A stretch of 64,000 nt of DNA. It comes from Thermoproteota archaeon (lineage in GTDB: Archaea > Thermoproteota > Nitrososphaeria_A > Caldarchaeales > Calditenuaceae). Within the stretch, counting starts at the first letter, position 1. The number at the start of each line of letters is the position of its first letter. The stretch is from NCBI GenBank assembly GCA_030550155.1, contig JAUQPZ010000001.1:974-64973 (forward strand), given 5' to 3'. Under the pieces are notes generated by a model. It had not been told where the DNA came from, did not search any database, and was given only the letters and a program-made list of their open reading frames with translations. The position numbers and the translations under genes were made by a program. Positions 53,024 through 61,885 of this stretch are shown here, piece after piece.

Positions 53024-54136
53024 GTGAGCGAGCTAGAAAGAATCGCTATTGAAAAGGCGAAAGAAGCGGTGCATCTCGACAGGCAGGGTTCTAGGGAGGC
53101 CGCCATAGCTCGTTATAAAGAGGCCATACAGATTCTGAGCAGGCTTATCGACCTGACTCAAAGCCCAGTCCTGCACGAGGTTTATAAGGATAGAATGAGG
53201 CAGTATCTTGAGCGGCTCAACGAGCTGAACAGCGAGGCCGCAGCCAAGCCTGTAGTCCGACAGTCAGTCTCCTCAGCCTCAAAAGACGAGCTACAGATCG
53301 AGCCTGTGGAGAGCAGTGTCAGATGGAGCGACGTTATAGGTCTTGAAGACGCAAAGAGGATCATACGGGAATCAATAGTCTATCCTTGGCTCAGGGCAGA
53401 CCTCTTTCCGCTCGGATGGCCTACAGGAATACTGCTCTTTGGACCGCCTGGGTGCGGAAAGACTCTGCTTATAGCGGCAGCATCAAACGAGGTCAACGCG
53501 CTCTTATATACCCTTGACGCTGCGACGGTCATGTCGAAATGGCTCGGAGAGAGCGAGAAAAATATAGCCACGCTATTCTCGAAGGCCAGAAAAGACATCT
53601 CTAAGGGCAGGCCAGTCGTCATCTTCATCGATGAGGCAGACTCACTCACGGCTCAGAGATATTTGGAGGTCGGCGGAGAAGCAAGGGCTAGAAACCAGCT
53701 TCTCAAGGAGATGGACGGTCTTGCGAACAAGAATAAGAAAGAATACCTCTACGTTATCGCGGCCACAAACAAGCCGTGGCTGCTCGACGAGGCCTTTATC
53801 AGAAGATTTCATAAGAGAGTGTATGTGGGGCCGCCAAACGCTGAGACTAGGCTACAGATTCTTAAGCACTATACTGCAAGTCTCAGAGTCTCAGATGATG
53901 TTGATTTTGAGGAGCTGGCGAGTATGACGGAGTATTACTCGCCTGCCGACTTATACAACATCTGCCTCGACGCCCATATCTCAACGATAAGGGAGATGTT
54001 TGAGAAGGGACTGGATGAGCCCAGAAAGATATCGATGAGCGACTTCGTCTACGCCATAGAGAAGAGGAGGCCTTCCATCAGCAAGGACTTAATTGAACGA
54101 CTCATGGACTGGGCAAAGCGGTACGAGGCAGTCTGA
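53024..54136 (+). CDS. cdvC: Vps4/CdvC-like AAA+ ATPase with N-terminal MIT domain
   Basis: 370 aa, GTG start. MIT-like helices (AIEKAKEAVHLDRQGSREAAIARYKEAIQIL..YKDRMRQYLERLNEL), Walker A GPPGCGKT, Walker B VIFIDEADSL and SRH ATNKPWLLDEAFIRRF. Confidence 0.8.
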   Translation: MSELERIAIEKAKEAVHLDRQGSREAAIARYKEAIQILSRLIDLTQSPVLHEVYKDRMRQYLERLNELNSEAAAKPVVRQSVSSASKDELQIEPVESSVRWSDVIGLEDAKRIIRESIVYPWLRADLFPLGWPTGILLFGPPGCGKTLLIAAASNEVNALLYTLDAATVMSKWLGESEKNIATLFSKARKDISKGRPVVIFIDEADSLTAQRYLEVGGEARARNQLLKEMDGLANKNKKEYLYVIAATNKPWLLDEAFIRRFHKRVYVGPPNAETRLQILKHYTASLRVSDDVDFEELASMTEYYSPADLYNICLDAHISTIREMFEKGLDEPRKISMSDFVYAIEKRRPSISKDLIERLMDWAKRYEAV

Positions 54137-54181
54137 GCAACTTAAGTTTATAATCAGAAGCGACTTGTCAGTCTCATAGAG

Positions 54182-55165
54182 TTGACTAATGTAGTCGCTG
54201 AGAGTCTCACCAGAGTTTTTGAGAGCAAGTCCAGACGCGTGCTAGCGCTCGATAATGTGAGCTTCGAGGTAGAGGAGGGGGAGGTTTTCGGGCTCCTAGG
54301 ACCTAACGGTGCGGGAAAAACCACGCTCATAAGAATTCTGACCACTCTCCTGCTTCCATCATCTGGGAGGGCATTGGTTTGCGGCCACAATGTTGTGACG
54401 GAGGCTAAAAAAGTGAGGAGCATAATTGGGTTTAGCAGCAGCTCCGAGAGGGTTGGCTTCGACTTCGTCACCGCCCGGCGAAATCTCTGGTTTTTTTCAC
54501 AGTTATATGGAGTCCGGAGAGAAGAGGCTGCGAGCAAGATTGAGGAGCTGGCAACCATCCTCGAGTTTCAAGACCAGCTGGACAAGAAACTATACATGCT
54601 GACAACGGGCTACAAGCAGAGACTGAACATCGCTAGAGCCCTAATAAACGACCCGCGAGTCGTGTTTTTTGACGAGCCCACAAACGGGATGGACGTCTTC
54701 TCCGCTAAGAAAGTCCGCGACCTCTTCAAGAGAGAAGCCAAGACCCACTCACGCACGATATTCCTCGCAACCCACAACATGTTCGAAGCCGAGGAGGTAT
54801 GCGACAGAGTCGCCGTTATTGACAGGGGCAGGATTCTCGCGATCGACACACCCGAGAATCTGAAGTCCATGCTGAGCAAGCCGGTGGTTCTGCTGGAGAC
54901 GGATACGGGCGGTGCCTCGATAGGCGATCCAGCGCAGCTGGCGGGAGTGGTTGGCGGCACGGTCAAAGTAGACCCAGAGACGGGGACAGCTAGGATAAGG
55001 GTGATTCTTGAGAGCGAGGAACTTTTAGAGAGAGTTTTGAATGGGCTTGAATATCGCGGAATATCTGTTCATAGCTATGAGAGGCTTGAGCCAACTCTGG
55101 AGGACGTGTTTATCAGCCTTGTAGGTAAAGGGTTTTCTGAGAGGGAGAGGGATGTTGAGGCATAG
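54182..55165 (+). CDS. ABC transporter ATP-binding protein (ABC-2/DrrA-like)
   Basis: 327 aa, TTG start about 30 nt after the A+T box aagtttataatc. GPNGAGKTT, LTTGYKQRLNIARAL and VFFDEPTNGMD. Confidence 0.9.
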   Translation: MTNVVAESLTRVFESKSRRVLALDNVSFEVEEGEVFGLLGPNGAGKTTLIRILTTLLLPSSGRALVCGHNVVTEAKKVRSIIGFSSSSERVGFDFVTARRNLWFFSQLYGVRREEAASKIEELATILEFQDQLDKKLYMLTTGYKQRLNIARALINDPRVVFFDEPTNGMDVFSAKKVRDLFKREAKTHSRTIFLATHNMFEAEEVCDRVAVIDRGRILAIDTPENLKSMLSKPVVLLETDTGGASIGDPAQLAGVVGGTVKVDPETGTARIRVILESEELLERVLNGLEYRGISVHSYERLEPTLEDVFISLVGKGFSERERDVEA

Positions 55166-55970
55166 CGTCGAGCTGTGGCTAAGGGTTGCATTTTCGCGGG
55201 CAATGATCAGGGTGCTTGCAACTTATGGAGACCCACTCTGGATAGTGGTTAACATTGGCGGCCCCTTATTGACATCAATAGCTCTAGCTTTTCTCTACGG
55301 ATTCGCCGGCCTGCCACAGTTGACGGGTTTTGCCATTCTGGGGGGAGGGATGGTTGCGTACTGGGGTAATGTGTTATGGTCTATGGCCGCCCAGCTCAAC
55401 TGGGATAAGAGGTCTGGGATGCTCTATCTCTACTTCACATCACCCGCGCCGCTAACGGCTCTTCTCATCGGAATGTCGCTGGGAGGAATCCTAGGCACAC
55501 TACCAAGCTCCATCTTTGTGCTTATAATCGGAACACTCCTCTTCAACCCACCCTTCTCACCCCCAACGATCTCCCTACTGCTAACCTTCATCCTGACACT
55601 CACAGCGCTCTACGGCATGGGCATATCCCTAGCCTCTCTCTACCTGATACTTGGTAGAGAAGCCGAGGAGATAAATGATGCACTCTTCGAGCCTGTCTCA
55701 TTTCTCTCTGGAGTGTATTTCCCATCAATTGGGAGAGGTTCCCCGCTACCACTCGCGCTCCAAGCCATCGCCTCACTTATACCTCTCACGCTAGGGATGG
55801 ATGCGCTCCGAAGAGCTGTCTTCTACGCAGAGAGCATAGCAGAGCTCTGGCCCAACTTAGCAGCGCTCTTCATAATGACCTTGGCAGCAATAATCGTGGG
55901 AGTAAAGGCCCTATCATATATCGAGACAATAGGCCGTAAAACGGGTGATATCTTGGTGACGCTTAAATGA
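55152..55970 (+). CDS. ABC-2 type transporter permease
   Basis: 272 aa with about 6 TM segments. Overlaps the ATPase gene by 14 nt. Confidence 0.75.
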   Translation: MLRHSVELWLRVAFSRAMIRVLATYGDPLWIVVNIGGPLLTSIALAFLYGFAGLPQLTGFAILGGGMVAYWGNVLWSMAAQLNWDKRSGMLYLYFTSPAPLTALLIGMSLGGILGTLPSSIFVLIIGTLLFNPPFSPPTISLLLTFILTLTALYGMGISLASLYLILGREAEEINDALFEPVSFLSGVYFPSIGRGSPLPLALQAIASLIPLTLGMDALRRAVFYAESIAELWPNLAALFIMTLAAIIVGVKALSYIETIGRKTGDILVTLK

Positions 55971-56791
55971 AGAAGCTTCTCGCCTCGATAGCACTTGGCC
56001 TTGAGAGAGAGTTGGGCTGGACCTATCCCCCTCTAGTGGTGCTGCTCAGCACGGTCCCAGCAACCGCATCGGTCCTAACAATAGTGATGGTTTATTGGGT
56101 TGGAGCGAGCGCCGCCGGCGAGGTTCATACTGGTTGGATTGCCTTCCTAATTGTTGGTGCATCACTTTTCACCCACCTATCCTCTTACATCTGGTCTCCT
56201 CTCTCAGCCGTCTCTGAGGGGAAGACATCATATACATACCCCTTAGTCTTCATTGCACACTCTTCGCTCTCCTACATTGCTGGAAGGGTTATAGCCTCGT
56301 TCATCGAGTCATCCCTCACCGCCCTCCTTGCGCTGGGCACCTCATATACAGCTATCAACTTGATACTCGGCGTCTCTCCGCCTTTGAGCTTCACACCAGT
56401 AAACCTCGCACTCTTTGCGTTAACCATGGTCGTGGGCCTTTCTGCGGCCCTCGGCCTCGGCCTTATGCTAGCAGCTTATGCCATATTCGTGACAAGGCTG
56501 GAGTGGGGGCTGCCAGTTTATATCTCGGGCATGCTCATGATATTTTCTGAGGCTATTTTTCCAGTCTCGGCTCTTCCACAGCCACTTCAGATAGTAGCCG
56601 AGGCTATGCCCTTCACACACATTATTAGAGCGTCTCGGGCAGCACTTATCGGGCCTCTAGACCGATATCCCACAGAGTTCTTCCTAGCCACAGTTTTGGG
56701 CTTGGCTTGGCTGCTGACTGGGCTCTTCATCTACCTCTATGCCGAGGAGCTGGGCAGGAGAAGGGGTTACATAGACATGCGCGTGGCATAA
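55967..56791 (+). CDS. ABC-2 type transporter permease (second membrane subunit)
   Basis: 274 aa, polytopic. 4-nt overlap with the preceding permease. Confidence 0.7.
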   Translation: MKKLLASIALGLERELGWTYPPLVVLLSTVPATASVLTIVMVYWVGASAAGEVHTGWIAFLIVGASLFTHLSSYIWSPLSAVSEGKTSYTYPLVFIAHSSLSYIAGRVIASFIESSLTALLALGTSYTAINLILGVSPPLSFTPVNLALFALTMVVGLSAALGLGLMLAAYAIFVTRLEWGLPVYISGMLMIFSEAIFPVSALPQPLQIVAEAMPFTHIIRASRAALIGPLDRYPTEFFLATVLGLAWLLTGLFIYLYAEELGRRRGYIDMRVA

Positions 56792-56819
56792 TCTATCTAG
56801 GACGAGATGCTCTCCAATT

Positions 56820-57242
56820 TCAATCGAGAATCTCCATTTTGTCTCTCTCCAGCTTCCAGCTGACTTCGTCAAGAAGCCACGCGGAGATCTCCACCACCCT
56901 TCCGCGCAAGACCGACAATATGACATAGCTTAGGAAGGGGACAGCTTGCTGGTTGTCGAAGCTACTGGGAAGGGCAGGCGCGTCTGGGTGGCTATGATAC
57001 ACCCCCACAATCATTTCGCCGCGAGACGACACCTCGTCATCAATTCTCATATACTCCATCGGGTCGATAAGATACCTCCTATTCCTCTCGCCGAGATACG
57101 AGTTCTTCACGGGCGTGTAACGAGAGACAAGCCTAACCCCGGACTCAAGCCTTCCAATCAATAAGCCGCAGGCCTCCTCAGGATAACGTTTCACGACATC
57201 TGATGAAATTTCATCGACTACGCGTCTAGGAATTCTTATCAT
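56820..57242 (-). CDS. JAB1/MPN/Mov34 (JAMM) metalloprotease
   Basis: 140 aa. EEACGLLIG (Glu) and the complete JAMM motif HSHPDAPALPSSFD (HxH-x7-S-xx-D). Confidence 0.85.
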   Translation of the reverse strand: MIRIPRRVVDEISSDVVKRYPEEACGLLIGRLESGVRLVSRYTPVKNSYLGERNRRYLIDPMEYMRIDDEVSSRGEMIVGVYHSHPDAPALPSSFDNQQAVPFLSYVILSVLRGRVVEISAWLLDEVSWKLERDKMEILD

Positions 57243-57292
57243 CAGAGATACATCCTAGCACCTCGCTAATATTTGTAATCCATAAAGAGATT

Positions 57293-58057
57293 TTGATACG
57301 TGATTCAACCCTTTTATCTCACCTCAGCCTGATTTCATCCATGAGGTTTACAGTCAAAAAAATCCCATCCAGAGTTAAGAGACTAGTTGCAGGACTTCCG
57401 GATATGGGGAATGTAGCTGGCATAGCTATGGAGCACCTTATTCAGGTAAAGGCTCTTGAGCCGTTCGCCACCTGCGTAGACTCATGGCCCCCTTTCGTCA
57501 TACACAGAGGGGGAATCATCGAGTTTGAGAGAGGTAGATTCACGCTATACTTCAGAGATGGGCTCGACTTCATAGCAATGACGGGAACCCATCAACCCTC
57601 CGAGACCACATCGCTTTATGAGCTCTGCGAAAATGTATTAGATATAGCCCAACAGGCAGGAGTGGAAGAAGTCTACACGATAGGAGCCGCTCACTTTGAG
57701 GACGGCTTCATAGAGTCTCCAAGAGTATTTCACGCCGCGATTTCCCTCACAATGGATGAAAATTTGAGGAGATCTGGCTCAACACCGCTGGACTCAGACG
57801 GCTACATCACTGGTTTTAACGGCCTCCTACCAGCCATAGCCAAGGAGCGCGGCATGCGGAGTGCATGTCTTCTAGGAGAGATAGGTGATCCTCATGTTAG
57901 GCAGCCGGCGGCAGCCAAAGCCGTATTACAGGTCTTATCCGAGATACTTAACGTCGAGATTGACTTCCAGAAGCTGGACGAGGAGATAGAGCAGATAAGG
58001 GCGGCCAAGGCTTGGGAGAGAATATACAGACGTGGTAGGACGCCGGGCGTCATGTAG
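57293..58057 (+). CDS. PAC2-family protein (second paralog)
   Basis: 254 aa. VAGLPDMGNVAGIAMEHLI is the PAC2 N-terminal motif. The alternative start ATG 57341 (MRFTVKK) is plausible. Confidence 0.7.
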   Translation: MIRDSTLLSHLSLISSMRFTVKKIPSRVKRLVAGLPDMGNVAGIAMEHLIQVKALEPFATCVDSWPPFVIHRGGIIEFERGRFTLYFRDGLDFIAMTGTHQPSETTSLYELCENVLDIAQQAGVEEVYTIGAAHFEDGFIESPRVFHAAISLTMDENLRRSGSTPLDSDGYITGFNGLLPAIAKERGMRSACLLGEIGDPHVRQPAAAKAVLQVLSEILNVEIDFQKLDEEIEQIRAAKAWERIYRRGRTPGVM

Positions 58058-58072
58058 GGCATCTGGTTTACC

Positions 58073-58729
58073 CTATCTTTTACTCGTGGCAACACTTACT
58101 ATCCATGGAAGAGGCGAGCCAATTACCGGCGAGATGGGCGCCAAAGACCTCGTTACCAGATAAGCTGGTAAAATGGAGAAGGGTATGTGGAGTGCGTTAT
58201 AAATAGCGGTGAAGAGTAGAACGAAGAATAGCTTCTGCGCATAGGAAGCCATTGATAGACCTGTTATCGCGGCTAAGCTGGCGGCCGCGATATCGAGGAA
58301 GAATGGAAAGAGCACCGTCAATAAAATATAGTTGGCCAGACTCGTGACTAAAATTCGCGAGACAGCGCCGACGAGTCCGAACGAGAAAACACAGACCTTG
58401 AGCCCCCTACCCGCGGTCAGGCTTGCAGCGGCCCAGAACCCCAGCATACTCGAGCAGACGGCAAGAAACTTCATGAGCGGGCCGATAGGGCTCCACTCGC
58501 CAAATACGAGAAGAGCCAAGAAGTGGCTAAAGGCCGCTACAAACCCAATCCCTGGCCCGAACATGAATAGGGCGACAAAGGAGGGCACCTCAGCCAAGTC
58601 AAACCTCAGAAAAGGTATTGGGGGGAAGGGAAAGCTGAGAGGTAAGAGGCCGAGCGTGAAGGCAAGACCGCCGAAGACTGCGCCCAACATTATCGACCTG
58701 TTCCTATTGCGAATATCTCCGCTCAACAC
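58073..58729 (-). CDS. ECF-transporter S-component-like membrane protein
   Basis: 218 aa, about 6 TM. FPPIPFLRFDLAEVPSFVALFMFGPGIGF resembles the l.fD.gdiP motif of RibU-type S components. Paralog of 59208..59861. Confidence 0.6.
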   Translation of the reverse strand: MLSGDIRNRNRSIMLGAVFGGLAFTLGLLPLSFPFPPIPFLRFDLAEVPSFVALFMFGPGIGFVAAFSHFLALLVFGEWSPIGPLMKFLAVCSSMLGFWAAASLTAGRGLKVCVFSFGLVGAVSRILVTSLANYILLTVLFPFFLDIAAASLAAITGLSMASYAQKLFFVLLFTAIYNALHIPFSILPAYLVTRSLAPISPVIGSPLPWIVSVATSKR

Positions 58730-58797
58730 CGGCCTCTCCCTTATGAAGCTTCTCTAATAAATCCTGAGTAACTACAAGCGAATATGTATCACGGAAA

Positions 58798-58810
58798 GTA
58801 ATAATTATAG
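58798..58810 (+). promoter_or_regulatory. TATA-like box (gtaataattatag) for the ArsR-family gene
   Basis: Centred about 30 nt upstream of GTG 58834. Confidence 0.45.
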
Positions 58811-58833
58811 ATGCTTTTCATGGTTTACATAAA

Positions 58834-59133
58834 GTGCTGCCGCTGGAGAAATTACCGGAATTCAGCAAAGTGTTTAACGCTCTGGGGAACGAGACTAGGC
58901 TCAGAATCCTCATAATGGCTGCTGAGAGCGAGAGACCGCTACACATAAAGGCTTACGCCAAGGCACTAAAGAAGAGATATTCCGCTGTTTACAGGCATGT
59001 GTCAATACTTCGCAGGGCGGGGCTGGTCACGGTTTATGAGGTTGGGAGAAGCCGGGTTGTAGTTCCGAAAAAAGGGCTAAACCTTGAGGCGCTATTCAAT
59101 GCCCTATATAGTGGGGAGATTATCACTAAATAG
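58834..59133 (+). CDS. ArsR/SmtB-family winged-HTH regulator
   Basis: 99 aa. VFNALGNETRLRILIMAAE..HIKAYAKALKKRYSAVYRHVSILRRAGLV. Confidence 0.85.
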   Translation: MLPLEKLPEFSKVFNALGNETRLRILIMAAESERPLHIKAYAKALKKRYSAVYRHVSILRRAGLVTVYEVGRSRVVVPKKGLNLEALFNALYSGEIITK

Positions 59134-59207
59134 TAATAATTGAATCTCATACTCCACTATATTATTACCTCCACTCAAGTCACTTTTGCTCAAACTTATT
59201 ACCTCTG

Positions 59208-59861
59208 TTGAAACGCTATAGTTACGTTATGTCGAGAGTAAACACCAAATGGATCGCCGGAGTTGCTGTACTCTCAGCGCTGGCATATGCGTTATCTCTG
59301 ATGCGGCTACACATGCGATTTCCACTGCTTCCGTTTCTCTCGTTCGATTTCTCCGAGATCCCCGACATTCTCGCCTACTTCATGTTCGGGCTCTCGGGCG
59401 GTGTTATAGCGAGTTTAGCCCACTGGATCGCACTAAACTTCGGCACGCCCTTCCACCAGCTCATCGGCCCCACGATGAAGCTACTCGCTGTTCTCTCAAC
59501 GCTAGCTGGACTGGAGTTAGCTTCTCGGCTAAAGGGTGGATTGCAGATAGTCAATAACGTCTCGCTTCCACTTCTAACAAGGGTCTCTGTGATGGCTGCC
59601 GCAACCTTTCTTCTATACTATTATCTCTTCCCCAGTGTTTATCTGCCCTTCTCTAGGCGAACGCTAAGCGGAGTCGGAATAACCGTTGAGTCAGACCTAA
59701 CATTAGCCACGGTGATGGTCATCTTCACATCGATATTTAACATAATACACGTCTTTCTAAGCGTCATCCCCGCATACGTCATCTACAACAGAATAGTCGC
59801 TGTCTTGCCACAGCTCCCCACCAAGCAGCAGCCCGTGAGGAGGGAAGTGAACAAGCTGTGA
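59208..59861 (+). CDS. ECF-transporter S-component-like membrane protein (paralog)
   Basis: 217 aa. FPLLPFLSFDFSEIPDILAYFMFGLSGGV..IGPTMKLLAVLSTLAG aligns by eye with the 58073..58729 product. The alternative start ATG 59229 (MSRVNTKW) is plausible. Confidence 0.6.
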   Translation: MKRYSYVMSRVNTKWIAGVAVLSALAYALSLMRLHMRFPLLPFLSFDFSEIPDILAYFMFGLSGGVIASLAHWIALNFGTPFHQLIGPTMKLLAVLSTLAGLELASRLKGGLQIVNNVSLPLLTRVSVMAAATFLLYYYLFPSVYLPFSRRTLSGVGITVESDLTLATVMVIFTSIFNIIHVFLSVIPAYVIYNRIVAVLPQLPTKQQPVRREVNKL

Positions 59862-59923
59862 GAGCTTCGACACCTTTGAGACTCAGCAATACATAATAGC
59901 ACCTTCACCCACCTTCTTATTTG

Positions 59924-59979
59924 GCGATGATGAGTTTGCCGAGTGCTGAAGATATGAGGATCACCGAAGTTATCTGAGC
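59924..59979 (+). ncRNA. candidate C/D box sRNA (2'-O-methylation guide)
   Basis: C box AUGAUGA 59927-59933, a 12-nt guide, D' CUGA 59946-59949, degenerate C' (A)UGAGGA 59954-59960, a 13-nt guide and D CUGA 59974-59977. A 2-bp terminal GC/GC stem closes it. About 56 nt, in the 127-nt spacer just upstream of dph2. Confidence 0.55.
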
Positions 59980-59988
59980 TATGACGCC

Positions 59989-61020
59989 GTGGTGATTAAA
60001 TTGGATGTGGAGCTTGATAGAATGGAGATTCTAGCTTGGTTAGAGAGGCAGTCGCCGCGTAAAGTTCTGATACAGTCGCCTCTAGGACTCAGAAGTTTTG
60101 CGGAGCAGGTTGAGAGGTTGGCACGTGAGAAAGGATATGAGGCCTTCATATCTTTAAGCCCCACGTGGGGCGGGTGCGATATAGCGGTTGAAGAAGCCAA
60201 GAGGATAGGCGCGGACAGCATAATACACATAGGACACGCTCCCTTCCTCTCTCAGACCGAGCTCCCGGTTCTTTATCTAGAGGCGAGATACAAGGATTAC
60301 ACGCCACTACAGGTTCTCCTTAATGACATATCTAGAAGCTTAGAGGGGCGAAAGAGGATAGGCCTGGGCTTAACAGTCCAGTGGCTTAGCCATCTCCAGA
60401 GACTTGTAGACGACCTCAAGGCCAGGTCCTTTGAAGTCATGGTAGGTAAGCCCGGCGGCCACCTGGCTCATCCGGGACAGGTGCTGGGATGCGACTACAG
60501 TTCTCTCAAAGACATCGAGGAGAGCGTGGACTGCTTTCTTGTCGTAGGGTCTGTTTTCCACGCGATAGGCGTGGCCCTAATATCTCCTAAGCCCACATTA
60601 GCGGCTGACCCGCATACGCAGCGCGTGGAGTGGATGGATGAGAGGGCCAAAAAAGTCTTGGCAAGCAGATATTACATGATTGAGAAGTTCAGGGATGCGA
60701 GGAAGGTGGGTGTGCTGGTCAGCAGGAAGCCGGGGCAATTCATGATGGGGCTGGCGCTGAAGTTGAAGAGAGTACTCACTGAGCATGGAATTGAGGCGAG
60801 CATCTTAGTTTCTGATGAGCTGGTGATGGAGGGTCTGGTTGACTTTGGCTATGACGCCTATGTGAACACTGCATGCCCAAGACTTAGTATTGAAGATCAG
60901 GCACGCTTCTCGAAGCCGCTTCTCCTCCCGGTGGAGGTTTTGGTGGCTTTGAACATGCTTAGCTGGGAAGAGGTCATTGAGAAGGGGCTTCTTCTCAACT
61001 TGAGTTTGAATGTCCCATGA
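59989..61020 (+). CDS. dph2: 2-(3-amino-3-carboxypropyl)histidine synthase Dph2 (diphthamide biosynthesis)
   Basis: 343 aa, GTG start. VLIQSPLGLRSFA, WGGCDI, IIHIGHA and NTACPRLSIED are typical of archaeal Dph2. Confidence 0.85.
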   Translation: MVIKLDVELDRMEILAWLERQSPRKVLIQSPLGLRSFAEQVERLAREKGYEAFISLSPTWGGCDIAVEEAKRIGADSIIHIGHAPFLSQTELPVLYLEARYKDYTPLQVLLNDISRSLEGRKRIGLGLTVQWLSHLQRLVDDLKARSFEVMVGKPGGHLAHPGQVLGCDYSSLKDIEESVDCFLVVGSVFHAIGVALISPKPTLAADPHTQRVEWMDERAKKVLASRYYMIEKFRDARKVGVLVSRKPGQFMMGLALKLKRVLTEHGIEASILVSDELVMEGLVDFGYDAYVNTACPRLSIEDQARFSKPLLLPVEVLVALNMLSWEEVIEKGLLLNLSLNVP

Positions 61021-61121
61021 CAGTTGTCCTCGCAGCATGCTCCGAGTAGCCCGTTATAGGTAGAATGTGTTAACCTTTCTGGTAAAATATTTATTTGACG
61101 ACATCCAATTATGAGCAGGAA

Positions 61122-61880
61122 ATGGCAAGAGAAGTCGTCGTCGAGACTGAGGGTTTAAAGAAGATATACAAGCTCGGCAGGGTTGACGTAGCCGCCCTCA
61201 ACGGTGTTGATGTCAAGATTTTCCGCGGCGAGTATATCTCAATAATGGGGCCCTCGGGTTCAGGGAAGACGACGCTCTTCAACATGATTGGAGGACTAGA
61301 CAAGCCAACTGAAGGAACTGTATATGTTGATGGTGTCGACATCTCGAAGCTCGACTCATACGAGCTGGCATGGCTCAGGAATAGGAAGATCGGCTATATT
61401 TTCCAGACCTTCAACCTGATACCCACCTTGACTGCGCTGGAGAACGTTATGCTACCCATGATCTTCGCGGGTGTCCCCCGGGAGGAGCGGTTTAAGAAGG
61501 CCGCGGCTCTGCTTGAGAAGGTTGGTTTAGGGGACAGACTCCACCATAGGCCGATGGAGCTTTCAGGGGGTCAGCAGCAGAGGGTAGCCATAGCTAGGGC
61601 CTTAGCCAACGACCCCAGCATCATATTGGCTGATGAGCCGACTGGGAACCTCGACCTGAGGACGGGTCGTCAAATCATAGACCTGTTGAAAGAGCTCAAC
61701 ATTGAGAGCAAGGTGACTGTTATCGCAGCGACCCATGACTTGAAGATGATAGACGTGTCTGACAGAATACTCTGGATACGGGACGGAAAAATTGAGAGAG
61801 AGGAAGAGAGAGAGGCTGTAAGAGTCAGAGTCGGAGAGATAGAAGTGGGCGAGGGACAACAGAACCAAGGAAGCCGATGA
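61122..61880 (+). CDS. ABC transporter ATP-binding protein (MacB/LolD/FtsE-like)
   Basis: GPSGSGKTT, FIFQTFNLIP, LSGGQQQRVAIARAL and ILADEPTGNLD. The ORF track starts at TTG 61095, which abuts the A+T box gtaaaatatttatt. I prefer the in-frame ATG 61122 (MAREVVV). No cognate FtsX-type permease is adjacent. Confidence 0.88.
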   Translation: MAREVVVETEGLKKIYKLGRVDVAALNGVDVKIFRGEYISIMGPSGSGKTTLFNMIGGLDKPTEGTVYVDGVDISKLDSYELAWLRNRKIGYIFQTFNLIPTLTALENVMLPMIFAGVPREERFKKAAALLEKVGLGDRLHHRPMELSGGQQQRVAIARALANDPSIILADEPTGNLDLRTGRQIIDLLKELNIESKVTVIAATHDLKMIDVSDRILWIRDGKIEREEEREAVRVRVGEIEVGEGQQNQGSR

Positions 61881-61885
61881 GCAGC

